The notes under the pieces: model-generated
The model's database searches: none
What the model was told of the DNA's origin: nothing
The model's input: the letters and a program-made list of their open reading frames with translations, nothing else
Translations under genes and position numbers: made by a program
Shown here: positions 13,141-23,999 of the stretch, in pieces
How the letters are laid out: each line of letters starts with the position of its first letter
Position numbering within the stretch: position 1 is the stretch's first letter
Assembly (NCBI RefSeq): GCF_006345805.1
Contig: NC_043005.1
Location: 4,526,001-4,590,000, forward strand
Length of the DNA stretch: 64,000 bases
Reading direction: 5' to 3'
Origin: Octopus sinensis
Taxonomy: Eukaryota

Positions 13141-13704
13141 TATCTCTCCCCACTTAGCCGTGGCTGTTCTGTTAGAACAAACTATACTGGAGAAGTTACC
13201 ACGAGAGAATATCTAGTGTTGGCTTTTTGGTGCAAAATACACTCTTGTTTATATCACTAGCAGGAAAGTAAATCCTTACTACTTTTAGCACTTGACCTTG
13301 TTTGGTTTCGTCAATGATGGACGCTCAACAGCCAGATGCAGCAGCAATTCCTCTCATCGCCAGCTTTAGATTGACACTGCCAAAACAGTTGTTGGGATCG
13401 TAATTAGCCGGTTAGCTTGTTAAAATCTCTAATACATATATTTTTTAACAAGTTATACGGCTAATTGCAACACCAGCCTTGTTCTGGTACTGTCAATCTG
13501 TATGTTGCTGGTGGAAGGGTGAATTGTCACTGCTTCTAACAGTCGAGTGTCCATCATTGACAAGACCAAACAAGGTTGAGATCTGGTGGTGCTCTCGGCA
13601 CTGGAGATGAATCCCTGCAAAAAAAACTGATATGAGTGTTTCTCTTTTGGCAACTACTACAGCATGGTTTGTTCTAATAGAACATCCACGATTAAGTGGA
13701 GATA
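13141..13704. repeat. Old diverged palindrome (~280-bp arms, ~17-nt loop)
   Basis: Arm motifs match as reverse complements, e.g. CCTTGTTTGGTTTCGTCAATGATGGAC vs CCTTGTTTGGTCTTGTCAATGATGGAC, and CTTGTTAAAA/TTTTAACAAG at the centre. Confidence 0.85.
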
Positions 13705-14219
13705 AATAACACTTGTAAATGAGTGTCACTGTCATACAAGCAGTGTCATTCATTTCCAGTCTTCTGTGAAATCATGTCCGACTTTACTTGAACGCAGATG
13801 AAGGTTGGCAACAGGAAGGTCACCCAGCCACACTCTGTCTCAACGAATTCCATTTATCATCGAAAAGTAGATATTAAAATGATGATGATATTACACGCGT
13901 CTTCGTGTTTATATTTGTGCTCCCAACCACCGCTTAGCAACCGGGGTTGGTTTGTTTATGTCCCAGTAACTTAGCAGTTCGGTAAATAAGGCTCGATGCT
14001 ATAAGTACCAGGATTTAAAAAACACTACGACCGATTTGTTCGACCAACCCTACACACTCATGCTGTTTTCTCTCAGCAAAAGTCTTCACAGGACCTGGAT
14101 AGGAACAAGGCTATAGAAGACATTATTCAACATGCTCTGTGAGAGGAATGGAATTTGAAACCTTCCATCATAATTTCTAAGCCACATAATCAAGGCAGAA
14201 AAAGAAAAAGTACAAATGT

Positions 14220-14291
14220 CTCCCCGGCGGGGAATCGAACCCCGGTCTCCCGCGTGACAGGCGGGGATACTTACCACTATACTACCGAGGA
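14220..14291 (-). tRNA. tRNA-Asp(GTC): tRNA-Asp(GTC), pair 1 left
   Basis: Identical 72-mer; T-runs downstream. Confidence 0.97.
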
Positions 14292-14903
14292 TGACACATT
14301 CAGAGAATTTATACATGTTTATTCGTATGCACGTGTGCGTGTGTATGCCTGAATACTTTTTCGTAGATGAGTCAGTAATAGCAGCCAGATTTTGTTTTAT
14401 TGGAAAGGAACCGCGTGGTAGATGAAGGACTTCTACGATTCGAAGAAACAAGGAACGGGATAGTTACAGGTGAAAACCATTTCGTCATTCTCTCATCAAG
14501 ACAGACATAACCCGCGGCAACACAACTTATTATAAACACTGGCCCATGTGTGTGCTTCTATATTTAGATGTGTATATATATCTTTAATGGGGGTGAGATA
14601 GCCGAATAGTACCGTATATCTATGTCTAGATGTAAAACTGAAATGAAAATATCATTGTAAGAGAATTAATGAAAAAAGAAAAAAAAACACGTGAGAGGAG
14701 AACCAACAGGATTTAAATATCATGTTGTGGAAGATGTATCAGTATTTTATATAATTAATACATTTTGCCTGCTTTTATTGTCATCAAATTAAACAACCGT
14801 AAAAACTTCCCTTATATCAACACAGAAACAGAAACATAGTGACACGCCCCGGCTAATGTCGTCATAAAATGAGTTCCTTAATTCAGGCTTCGCTGCCAGC
14901 TGA

Positions 14904-14975
14904 TCCTCGGTAGTATAGTGGTAAGTATCCCCGCCTGTCACGCGGGAGACCGGGGTTCGATTCCCCGCCGGGGAG
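14904..14975 (+). tRNA. tRNA-Asp(GTC): tRNA-Asp(GTC), pair 1 right
   Basis: Identical 72-mer; followed by GCTCGTTATTTTT terminator. Confidence 0.97.
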
Positions 14976-15219
14976 GCTCGTTATTTTTACTTTTTTGATA
15001 GTAGTTGCGTTTTGGATTCGAAAACTGATTATTTCAACAAGGCCGGTCAATTGGAGATGCCTTTTTCGAATGCCCAGCACTCGCCTCGATTCTCACGTGA
15101 AAGGCGGCCATTCGATTTCCCACTATTTTTTTTTCTACATTGGCTTTGTGAATTCTAGTGCCAGTTATTCGAACCAAGGCCAGCCACGCAATGGTCAAAC
15201 TAAAGCGTTTGACAGCTGG

Positions 15220-15291
15220 TCCTCCGTAGTATAGTTGTAAGTATCCTCGGCTGTCACGCGGGAGACCGGGGCTCGATACCCCACAAGGGAC
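15220..15291 (+). pseudogene. tRNA-Asp pseudogene
   Basis: 10 substitutions versus intact copies, hitting the acceptor stem, D-loop GG, anticodon stem (C31G) and T-arm. Confidence 0.9.
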
Positions 15292-15349
15292 ACTCGTTAC
15301 TTTTTTCGATAGTAAAAGGGTGGGAAAAATTTTTTAAAAGAAACTGTAA

Positions 15350-15447
15350 ACAAACCAGCCCGACAAGGTATCGAAACAGGGTCACACATGTTACAAGCTG
15401 AGGAAGTGCTGAATATTCAAAGCAAGTATTTATCGCTTCTTGGGTAA
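15350..15447 (-). pseudogene. Highly decayed tRNA-like relic
   Basis: Minus strand ends GTTTCGATACCTTGTCGGGCTGG (B-box-like) and sits directly behind the tRNA 5'-flank motif; reverse complement recurs at 22861..22958 and partly at 16460..16490. Confidence 0.5.
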
Positions 15448-15556
15448 GCGGGCAGCAAGACCTAAATTAAAGAACTCATTTTATGAAGGCATTCGTGGTC
15501 CGAATATCCAATATTGTGCCAGATGGGGAACCTACAAAAATTAGAAAAAACTAAGC

Positions 15557-15628
15557 CTCCCCGGCGGGGAATCGAACCCCGGTCTCCCGCGTGACAGGCG
15601 GGGATACTTACCACTATACTACCGAGGA
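15557..15628 (-). tRNA. tRNA-Asp(GTC): tRNA-Asp(GTC), pair 2 left
   Basis: Identical 72-mer. Confidence 0.97.
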
Positions 15629-16259
15629 TGACAATTACTGATTTATTCATACGTATATTTATCTGTATGCACGAGTACGTGTGCGTATGTACGACTGAAT
15701 ATTTCCTCGTAGATGAGTCAGAAATAACAGCCAGATTTTGTTTTATTGGTCAGGAACCGCATGGTAGACGAAGGTCTTCTATATACGCGCACGATTCGAA
15801 GAAACAAGGAACGGGATAGTTACAGGTGAAAACCATTTCGTCATTCTCTCATCAAGACAGACATAACCCGCGGCAACACAACTTATTATAAACACTGGCC
15901 CATGTGTGTGCTTCTATATTTAGATGTGTATATATATCTTTAATGGGGGTGAGATAGCCGAATAGTACCGTATATCTATGTCTAGATGTAAAACTGAAAT
16001 GAAAATATCATTGTAAGAGAATTAATGAAAAAAGAAAAAAAAACACGTGAGAGGAGAACCAACAGGATTTAAATATCATGTTGTGGAAGATGTATCAGTA
16101 TTTTATATAATTAATACATTTTGCCTGCTTTTATTGTCATCAAATTAAACAACCGTAAAAACTTCCCTTATATCAACACAGAAACAGAAACATAGTGACA
16201 CGCCCCGGCTAATGTCGTCATAAAATGAGTTCCTTAATTCAGGCTTCGCTGCCAGCTGA

Positions 16260-16331
16260 TCCTCGGTAGTATAGTGGTAAGTATCCCCGCCTGTCACGCG
16301 GGAGACCGGGGTTCGATTCCCCGCCGGGGAG
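16260..16331 (+). tRNA. tRNA-Asp(GTC): tRNA-Asp(GTC), pair 2 right
   Basis: Identical 72-mer. Confidence 0.97.
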
Positions 16332-16547
16332 GCTCGTTATTTTTTCTTTTTTGATAGTAGTTGCGTTTTCGATTCGAAAACTGATTATTTGAACAAGACC
16401 GGTCAATTGGAGATGCCTTTTTCGAATGTCCAGCACTCGCCTCGGTTCTCACGTGAAAGAACCGGTTTCGATTCCTTGTCGGGCTGGTTTGTTTCCAGTT
16501 TCTTTTTAATTTTTTTTTCAATTCTTTTACTAAAAAAAAAAACGAGC

Positions 16548-16629
16548 CTCAACGGCGGGGAATCAGACCCCTGTCTCCCGCGGGACAGCCGAGGATACTT
16601 ACAACTATATTATACTACAACTATACTAC
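16548..16629 (-). pseudogene. tRNA-Asp pseudogene, 3' portion; 5' 11 nt displaced to 21218..21228 by LINE insertion
   Basis: Minus strand TATAGTTGTAAGTATCCTCGGCTGTCCCGCGGGAGACAGGGGTCTGATTCCCCGCCGTTGAG; shares G17T, C28T and C31G (and G6C in the displaced piece) with the 15220 pseudogene. Confidence 0.85.
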
Positions 16630-18016
16630 TATGGGTAGTGGGTAGCTAATTTCTTCACTACTTCAGTGAGTGACGAACCTGCCTGACATGAGTCCCGGGC
16701 TCAACTGGCTCCGGCTGATAGTACCCGGTATGGGCCCCTATCCAGGGTTACGGAAAGGAGACAACCTTAATAGAAATCCGGAGTGGAGCCCCGAAGGCGG
16801 TTCAGTGTTCGACTCAACACTGTTCGGGTAGATCCTGCAACCAAGCTGGTACCAAACGTAATGCTCGGCACTCCTTTGGACTTCGTCAGCAAGGTCGAGA
16901 GAGGAATCCTGATGATTGGGCTACCCAGGATTTTCTTATTTCTAACCCAAGGCCTGCGCAAAACTGGAGAGGACACTTCAGTGCTGCTGTAAAAAGTGGC
17001 AGAAAAAACACGGGAGGTAGCAGTCACGAGTGATAAGTCCATTCAGCTTGGCGTAAGATATGGGCGCTACGGATTACCTCTGACGGTGGGAGTGACCCCC
17101 GTGTCCCATTGGTTAGCTACTGCCAACCTCAAGCTGGATAGCCCCCGGTTAATAAGGTGCTGACCCGCCACAAGTCGCCTGCTTCATTGGGTGCTTGGAG
17201 CTAAGAGTTTGACTTGAAAAGCGGCCTGCAACCTCTGCACCAGGCAAACAACTAAAAGACAAGAAACCACCAGTCCTGCGGTTGGCAAGCTGGAATGTCA
17301 GGACCATGTGCCCTGGCATATCTGATGACCTACTCAGGGTTGAAAACACAAGAAAGATGGCCATCATTGACCGTGAACTAAAGAGGCTTAACATAGACAT
17401 TGCTGGACTGTAGGAGACGAGACTCCCCTCAAACGACAAACTCAAAGAACAGGATTTCACCTTCTTTTGGCAGGGAAGAGATCCAGAATAACCTCGTCAG
17501 CATGGTGTTGGCTTTGCAGTGAGAAACTCATTATTCTCCTCAAAAGAACCACAATCAGGAGGCACTGAGCATATCCTCTCACTATGCTTCTCGACCTCTT
17601 CTGGTTCAGTACATCTACTGAGCATCTATGCTCCCACTCTCTACAGCTCAGAGGAGACCAAGGCCCAGTTCTACAAAGATCTCAACTGTGTCATTAGAAA
17701 TATACCAACCAATGAAAACATCTACCTTCTGGGAGATTTTAACGCTCGCGTGGGATCTGACCATGATTCGTGGCCCATTTATGTAGGACATTTTGGTATT
17801 GGCAACATGAATGACAATGGTCAGAGATTACTTGAATTTTGCATCACCAATACATTCTTTGCCAACAATCCATCCCACAAGGCATCTTGGAGACATCCAA
17901 GATCTCACCACTGGCATCAGCTGGATCTCATCATTACATGAAGATCCTTTCTGAATTTTGTTCAACTGACCCGTAATAACCACAGCGCGGATTGTGACAC
18001 AGATCATATCTCTTAT

Positions 18017-19607
18017 TATAAAAGGCAGATTTTATCTGCCTCCCTTTGTATCTTATAGAAATCTACAATATAGGATTTCTTCAATTACAATTTACCTAGC
18101 ATTTTTAAGAGTAGAATGCATCGGGTCGTGCCAGGTCCAGTTTTTAAAATTTCAACCCCAATTAAGCAAAATTTTGAGAAAACTCACATTGTGGTGTATG
18201 AGTCAAATGCTTTTCTTAGTGTGGCCTACACCACACGCACACGCACACACACAGTGTGCAACGAATAAAGTGAAAGTAATTCACTTTTTGTAGTGAGTGA
18301 CTCTTTCACTCTGCCACTTCCTCTTTACATGCATAGACACGCAAATATATAAATAAAATTGTAAGCTAACGTGTGTGTGTGTGTGTGTGCGTGTGTGTGA
18401 GTGTGTGGCTGTGTGTGTGTGCGTGTGTGTGTGTGTGTGAGGGTGCGTGTGTGTGTGTGTGCGTTTGCGTGAGTGTGTGACAGGAAAGGTTTTTAGGACG
18501 AATATAAGACCTATATCCAAGTAGCAGAAAGATCGCCCAAAAGTGTATATAGATATTTAAATGTATTTATATATTCATCTATACACAGATGTATGTATAA
18601 TGTGTGTGTATATATTTCCATAGAGGTAACCTTTCACTCCATACAAAGTTTTTTAGGACGAATATAAGATCTAAAGTATATACAAGTAGCAGAAAGATCG
18701 CCCAAAAGTGTATATAGATCTTTAAATGTATTTATATATTCATCTATACACAGATGTATGTATAATGTGTGTGTATATATTTCCATACACGTAACCATTC
18801 ACTCCGCACAAAGTTTTTTAGGACGAAAATAAGATCTAAAGTTATCTCTAAGTAGCACAAAGATCGCCCAAAAAGTGTATATAGATATATAAATGTATTT
18901 ATATATTCATCTATGCACACATGTATGTATAACGTGTGTGTATATATTTCCATAGAGGTAACCATTCACTCCATACAAAGTTTTTTAGGACGAAAATAAG
19001 ATCTAAAGTTATCTCTAAGAAACAGAAAGATATCCCAAAAGTGTATATAGATATTTAAATGTATTTATATATTCATCTATACACACATGTATGTATAATG
19101 TGCGTGTATATATTTCCATAGAGGTAACCATTCAATCCATACAAAGTTTTTTAGGACGAAAATATTTATATATAAAAGAAAGGTTGTGTGTCTGTCTACT
19201 CCGATTTAGATTCCTAACTACTCCCACATTTTGCGATGCAGCTTAACCAAAACCGAGTATCTTATAGTCGTGATTCATATCGAGCCCTTCTGGGTATTAG
19301 CGCGCATCTACGATGAGTCTATGATTTTACAAATAATTTACCATCATTTTTTTTCATTTTAATGCATATTTTTTTAATAAAGGGAAGTAACTCTCAAACT
19401 TCACACCAATATGCGTGCTCATATGCGACGTAATATCACATCAGCAGCATTTCCTCACACCCTCCTTGCACTTGGCGAAGGCAAAATACCAGGTGATGAA
19501 AATGGTAATATTGCCATCGATTCCATTTGTACCATTGTTAAGACGCCTTCTGATCTCAGAGATGCAGTGTTCCCAGATCTACAAGCTAATTATCAGAATA
19601 TGGATTG
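18017..19607 (+). mobile_element. Helitron-derived insert within the RTE LINE
   Basis: TATAAAAG-type starts at ~18017 and ~19170; internal tandem repeats; ends in NMRAHMRRNITSAAFPHTLLALGEGKIP...DLRDAVFPDLQANYQNMD, resembling the Helitron Pif1 helicase NMR..F..LL..G.G..VFP..NY segment. Confidence 0.7.
18485..19164 (+). repeat. ~165-bp minisatellite, 4 units plus a partial
   Basis: AAAGTTTTTTAGGACGAA unit starts at 18485, 18645, 18810, 18977 and 19143. Confidence 0.95.
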
Positions 19608-20929
19608 TCTAAGCACTGTTGGAAAGCACTGTTGCTCGCGTTATCCTGTCCAGGCTACAACTGCTTGCTTCTCGAATTTATGCAGAATCGCAATGTGGTT
19701 TTAGAAGAAGCAGATCAACTATTGACATGATATTCTCCATACGCCAACTTCAGGAGAAGTCCAGAGAGCAGAAAATGCCATTATATATGGCCTTCATTGA
19801 TCTGACAAAGGCCTTTGACTTGGTAAGTAGAAAAGGCCTCTTCACCCGGCTCCAAAAAATTGGCTGTCTACCAAAGCAGCTGAGGATCATCAAATCTTTC
19901 CATGATGATATGCAAGGCACCATACAGCACAATGGTTCAACATCAGCCGCCTTCCAAATAAAAAACGGAGTAAAGCAAGAGTGTGTCCTTCCTCCTACAT
20001 TATTTGGCATTTTCTTCTCGCTGCTGCTGTCACATGCCTTTGAGACATCAGGTGATGGAGTGTTTCTGCAAAGTAGAAGTGACGGGAAACTGTTCAATCT
20101 CTCGCGTCTGCGTACCAACACCAAAATCAGAAGCGTCCTGATCAAGGAGATGCTATTTGCTGATGATGCCGCTCTGGTATCACACACAGAAGAAGTCCTG
20201 CAAAGGCTCATCAACTGTTTTGAGCAAGCATGTAGCGACTTTGGCTTAGTTATCAGCCTCAAGAAGACCAACATCATGGGTCAGGCTACATCGGACATCC
20301 CAAACATACATATTGGAGACCACAGACTACAGGAGGTGGAGAAGTTTACCTATCTTGGCTCTACCATCACCTATAACCTATCCCTTGATGCCGAGCTCAA
20401 TATACGCATTGGCAAGGCAGCTGCTGTGATGGCTAAACTCTCCAAACGGGCATGGGACAACAATAAGCTGACCAAGACCACAAAAATGATTTACCAGGCA
20501 TGTGTACTTAGCACTCTACTGTATGGAAGTGAGACTTGGACGCCATACACACGCCAAGAGCGTCGCCTAAATATCTTTCACCTGCGCAACCTCCGGAAAA
20601 TCCTTCGCATCAAATGGCAGAATCATGTCCCCAACAAAGATGTCCTCAAGCAAGCATGAATACCAAGTATGTTTGCACTCCTCACACAAAGACGTATGAG
20701 ATGGCTTGGACATGTTAGCCGTATGGAAGATGGTAGAATCCCAAAGGACTTACTCTACGGAAAGCTTGCTGGGGGCACTAGGTCTGTGGGAAGACTGTTC
20801 TTACGATACAAGGATGTTTGCAAAAGGAACATGAAGGCCTGCAACATCAATATTACCAACTGGGAAGCAGTTGCCAGCAACCGTGGAGATTGGCGACGTA
20901 CCGTAAAAGAGGGAACACAAAGGAGTGAC

Positions 20930-20960
<31 letters not shown>

Positions 20961-21403
20961 GGGAGAGGGAGAGAGAGAGAGAGAGAGAGAGAGGAGGAAT
21001 GGAAAGACAAGAAAAGACGTCAACAAGAAAGTATGCCCTTACAACCAGCCAGGCAAAGTCTTCGCTACATTTGCGGTACCTGCCAGAGGGAGTGTTTGTC
21101 CAGAATAGGACTACACAGCCACAGCAGGTGATGTATTAGGACATGAAATGTAAAAGCCGGACTAGATTATTTTATGCGCAACTCCATTGTCCCCCGAGAC
21201 AAAAAAGGATATCAACAACTACGGATGACCAGCGGACAGAGAGACCTAAATTAAGGAACTCAATTTATGAAGGCCCTTGTGCCTATTCGAATGATGGCTA
21301 TTCAAGAGTCATGTATAGCTTCCTGCGTGACTCCGTACAGGCGTGGTCCGAATATCCAATACAGTTCCTGATGGGGAACCAACAAAAATTAGAAAAACCA
21401 AGC

Positions 21404-21475
21404 CTCCCCGGCGGGGAATCGAACCCCGGTCTCCCGCGTGACAGGCGGGGATACTTACCACTATACTACCGAGGA
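21404..21475 (-). tRNA. tRNA-Asp(GTC): tRNA-Asp(GTC), pair 3 left
   Basis: Identical 72-mer. Confidence 0.97.
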
Positions 21476-22096
21476 TGACAATTACTGATTTATTCATACG
21501 TATATTTATCTGTATACACGTGTACGTGTGCGTATGTACGACTGAATATTTCCTCGTAGGAGAATCAGAAATAATAGCCAGATTTTGTTTTATTGGAAAG
21601 GAACCGCGTGGTAGATGAAGGACTTCTACGATTCGAAGAAACAAGGAACGGGATAGTTACAGGTGAAAACCATTTCGTCATTCTCTCATCAAGACAGACA
21701 TAACCCGCGGCAACACAACTTATTATAAACACTGGCCCATGTGTGTGCTTCTATATTTAGATGTGTATATATATCTTTAATGGGGGTGAGATAGCCGAAT
21801 AGTACCGTATATCTATGTCTAGATGTAAAACTGAAATGAAAATATCATTGTAAGAGAATTAATGAAAAAAAAAAAAAAAACACGTGAGAGGAGAACCAAC
21901 AGGATTTAAATATCATGTTGTGGAAGATGTATCAGTATTTTATATAATTAATACATTTTGCCTGCTTTTATTGTCATCAAATTAAACAACCGTAAAAACT
22001 TCCCTTATATCAACACAGAAACAGAAACATAGTGACACGCCCCGGCTAATGTCGTCATAAAATGAGTTCCTTAATTCAGGCTTCGCTGCCAGCTGA

Positions 22097-22168
22097 TCCT
22101 CGGTAGTATAGTGGTAAGTATCCCCGCCTGTCACGCGGGAGACCGGGGTTCGATTCCCCGCCGGGGAG
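22097..22168 (+). tRNA. tRNA-Asp(GTC): tRNA-Asp(GTC), pair 3 right
   Basis: Identical 72-mer. Confidence 0.97.
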
Positions 22169-22354
22169 GCTCGTTATTTTTTCTTTTTTGATAGTAGTTG
22201 CGTTTTGGATTCGAAAACTGATTATTTCAACAAGGCCGGTCAATTGGAGATGCCTTTTTCGAATGCCCAGCACTCGCCTCGATTCTCAAGTGAAAGGCGG
22301 GCCATTCGGTTTCCCACTGATGAACACTTTTCATATCTAAAAAAAAATATTTGT

Positions 22355-22791
22355 TTCTTTATTGCCCACAGGAGGCTAAACATAGAGGGGACAAAACAAG
22401 GACTGACAAAGGGTTTAAGTCGGTTACTTCGACCCCAAAGCGTAACTGGGACTTAATTTATCGAGCGCGAAAGGATGAAAGGTAAAGTCGACCTCGGCTA
22501 CCCAAAGCGTAACTGGGACTTATTCAATCGACCCCGAAAGGTTCTCGGTGGAATTTGAACTCAGAACGAAATGGCAGACGAAATACCTATTTCTTTACTA
22601 CCTACAATGGGCTAAACACAGAGAGGGCAAACAAGGACAGACAGATGGTTAATTTGATTACATCGACCGCAGTGCATAACTGATACTTATTTAATCGACC
22701 CCGAAAGGATGAAAGGCAAAGTCGTCCTCCGCAGAATTTGAACTCAGAACGTAGCGGCAGACAAAATACACGTTTCTGCCAGCTCGCCGCC
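22355..22791 (-). mobile_element. Two stacked tRNA-derived SINEs (family C here)
   Basis: Minus-strand head GGCGAGCTGGCAGAAACG...GTTCTGAGTTCAAATTC; same family at 23765..23930 (+), 24180..24470 (-), 29910..31060 (+) and 60445..60620 (+). Confidence 0.8.
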
Positions 22792-23112
22792 TATTTTTTT
22801 TTTTAAATATTAGCGTTGTGGATTCAAGTGCCAGTTATTCAAACCAGGCCATCCACGCAATTACCCAGGAAGCGATAAATACTTGCTTTGAATACTCAAC
22901 ACTTCCTCAGCTTGTAACGTGGGTGAGCCGGTTTCGATACCTTGCCGGGCTGGTTTGTTTTCAGTTTCGTTTTGATTTTTTTTTGTTTTCCATTCTTTTA
23001 ATGGCATTAATGCCTATTCAAACGATAACTTCCTGTGTGACTACGTGAAAACGTTGTCCGAATATCTAGCACAGTATCAGATGTAGAACTAGCAAAAATT
23101 AAAAATACGAGC

Positions 23113-23184
23113 CTCCCCGGCGGGGAATCGAACCCCGGTCTCCCGCGTGACAGGCGGGGATACTTACCACTATACTACCGAGGA
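23113..23184 (-). tRNA. tRNA-Asp(GTC): tRNA-Asp(GTC), pair 4 left
   Basis: Identical 72-mer. Confidence 0.97.
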
Positions 23185-23999
23185 CTGGCTGATAGAATGG
23201 CCTAAATTAAGAAACTAATTTTACGAACGGAAGATCCCGAGGAGTGTCACCATAATTCTGTTGGAAGAAAGAATTTTAGAAACAAAAGTAACGAATTCAT
23301 TGAATCAAATTCTTCGATTTCTTCTACAACATCGAAATAAATAAATCTTGCTGTATTCCTCTCACATGTTTTTTCTTTAATCCTGTTGCGATAACATTTT
23401 CATTTCAGTATAATGTCTATATATAGATATAGAAACACAAGTGCGCGCACGTGTGTGTGTGTGTGTATTTATAAATTGTTTTGCCGCGGGTCAGGGTAGG
23501 TCTGCCTTCTTCGAGCAGAGGTAATATCAGATGTGTTTCATCATTGACCATCCAGTCTTTTCTTCGGGTAGTTCCTATGGCTTGAAGTACATTATCGAGC
23601 GTGTCTTTCCTTTTATAAGAGGCTATGGGGGTGAGATTTGCTTGCGATTTATAAGGAGAAACATTGCTGTGTTTATATATGTGAGTGTATGTATGTGTGT
23701 AGCCGCACACACGTTTATATATATATATATATAAGAACACACATACATATATATATAAATATATATATGTCCTGAGTCCAAATTCCGCCGAGGTCGACTC
23801 TGCTTTCATCCTTTCGGGGTCGATAAATAAAGTACCAATTACGCACTGGGGTCGATGTATTCGACTTAATCCGTTTGTCTGTCCTTGTTTGTCCCCTCTA
23901 TGTTTAGCCCCTTGTGGAGGTAAAGAAATATGTATAAATATATATATGTAAGCCCACACACATATATCTACATACACACGGGAGAGCCGGTATGTGTTA

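Larger units (their letters stand above)
16630..21217 (+). mobile_element. Near full-length degenerate RTE-clade LINE
   Basis: 5' UTR, APE endonuclease (LASWNVRTM...LLGDFNARVG...QLDLII...SADCDTDH, 17246..18016), RT (ESQCGFR...FIDLTKAFD...GVKQECVLPPTLF...LFADD, 19608..), C-terminal CGTCQRECLSRIGLHSH to 21131, short (CAA)n tail; stops, frameshifts and an internal (GA)n. Confidence 0.95.

Noticed and set aside
17342-17366. CTGATGA-CCTACTCAGG-GTT-GAAA hammerhead-like string
   Set aside because: Lies in the RTE endonuclease reading frame, has 3 extra nt before GAAA and lacks stem I/III
18485-19164. Regularly spaced repeats superficially like a CRISPR array (also the tRNA array and family A modules)
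   Set aside because: Eukaryotic context, whole units are repeated with no unique spacers, and there are no cas genes
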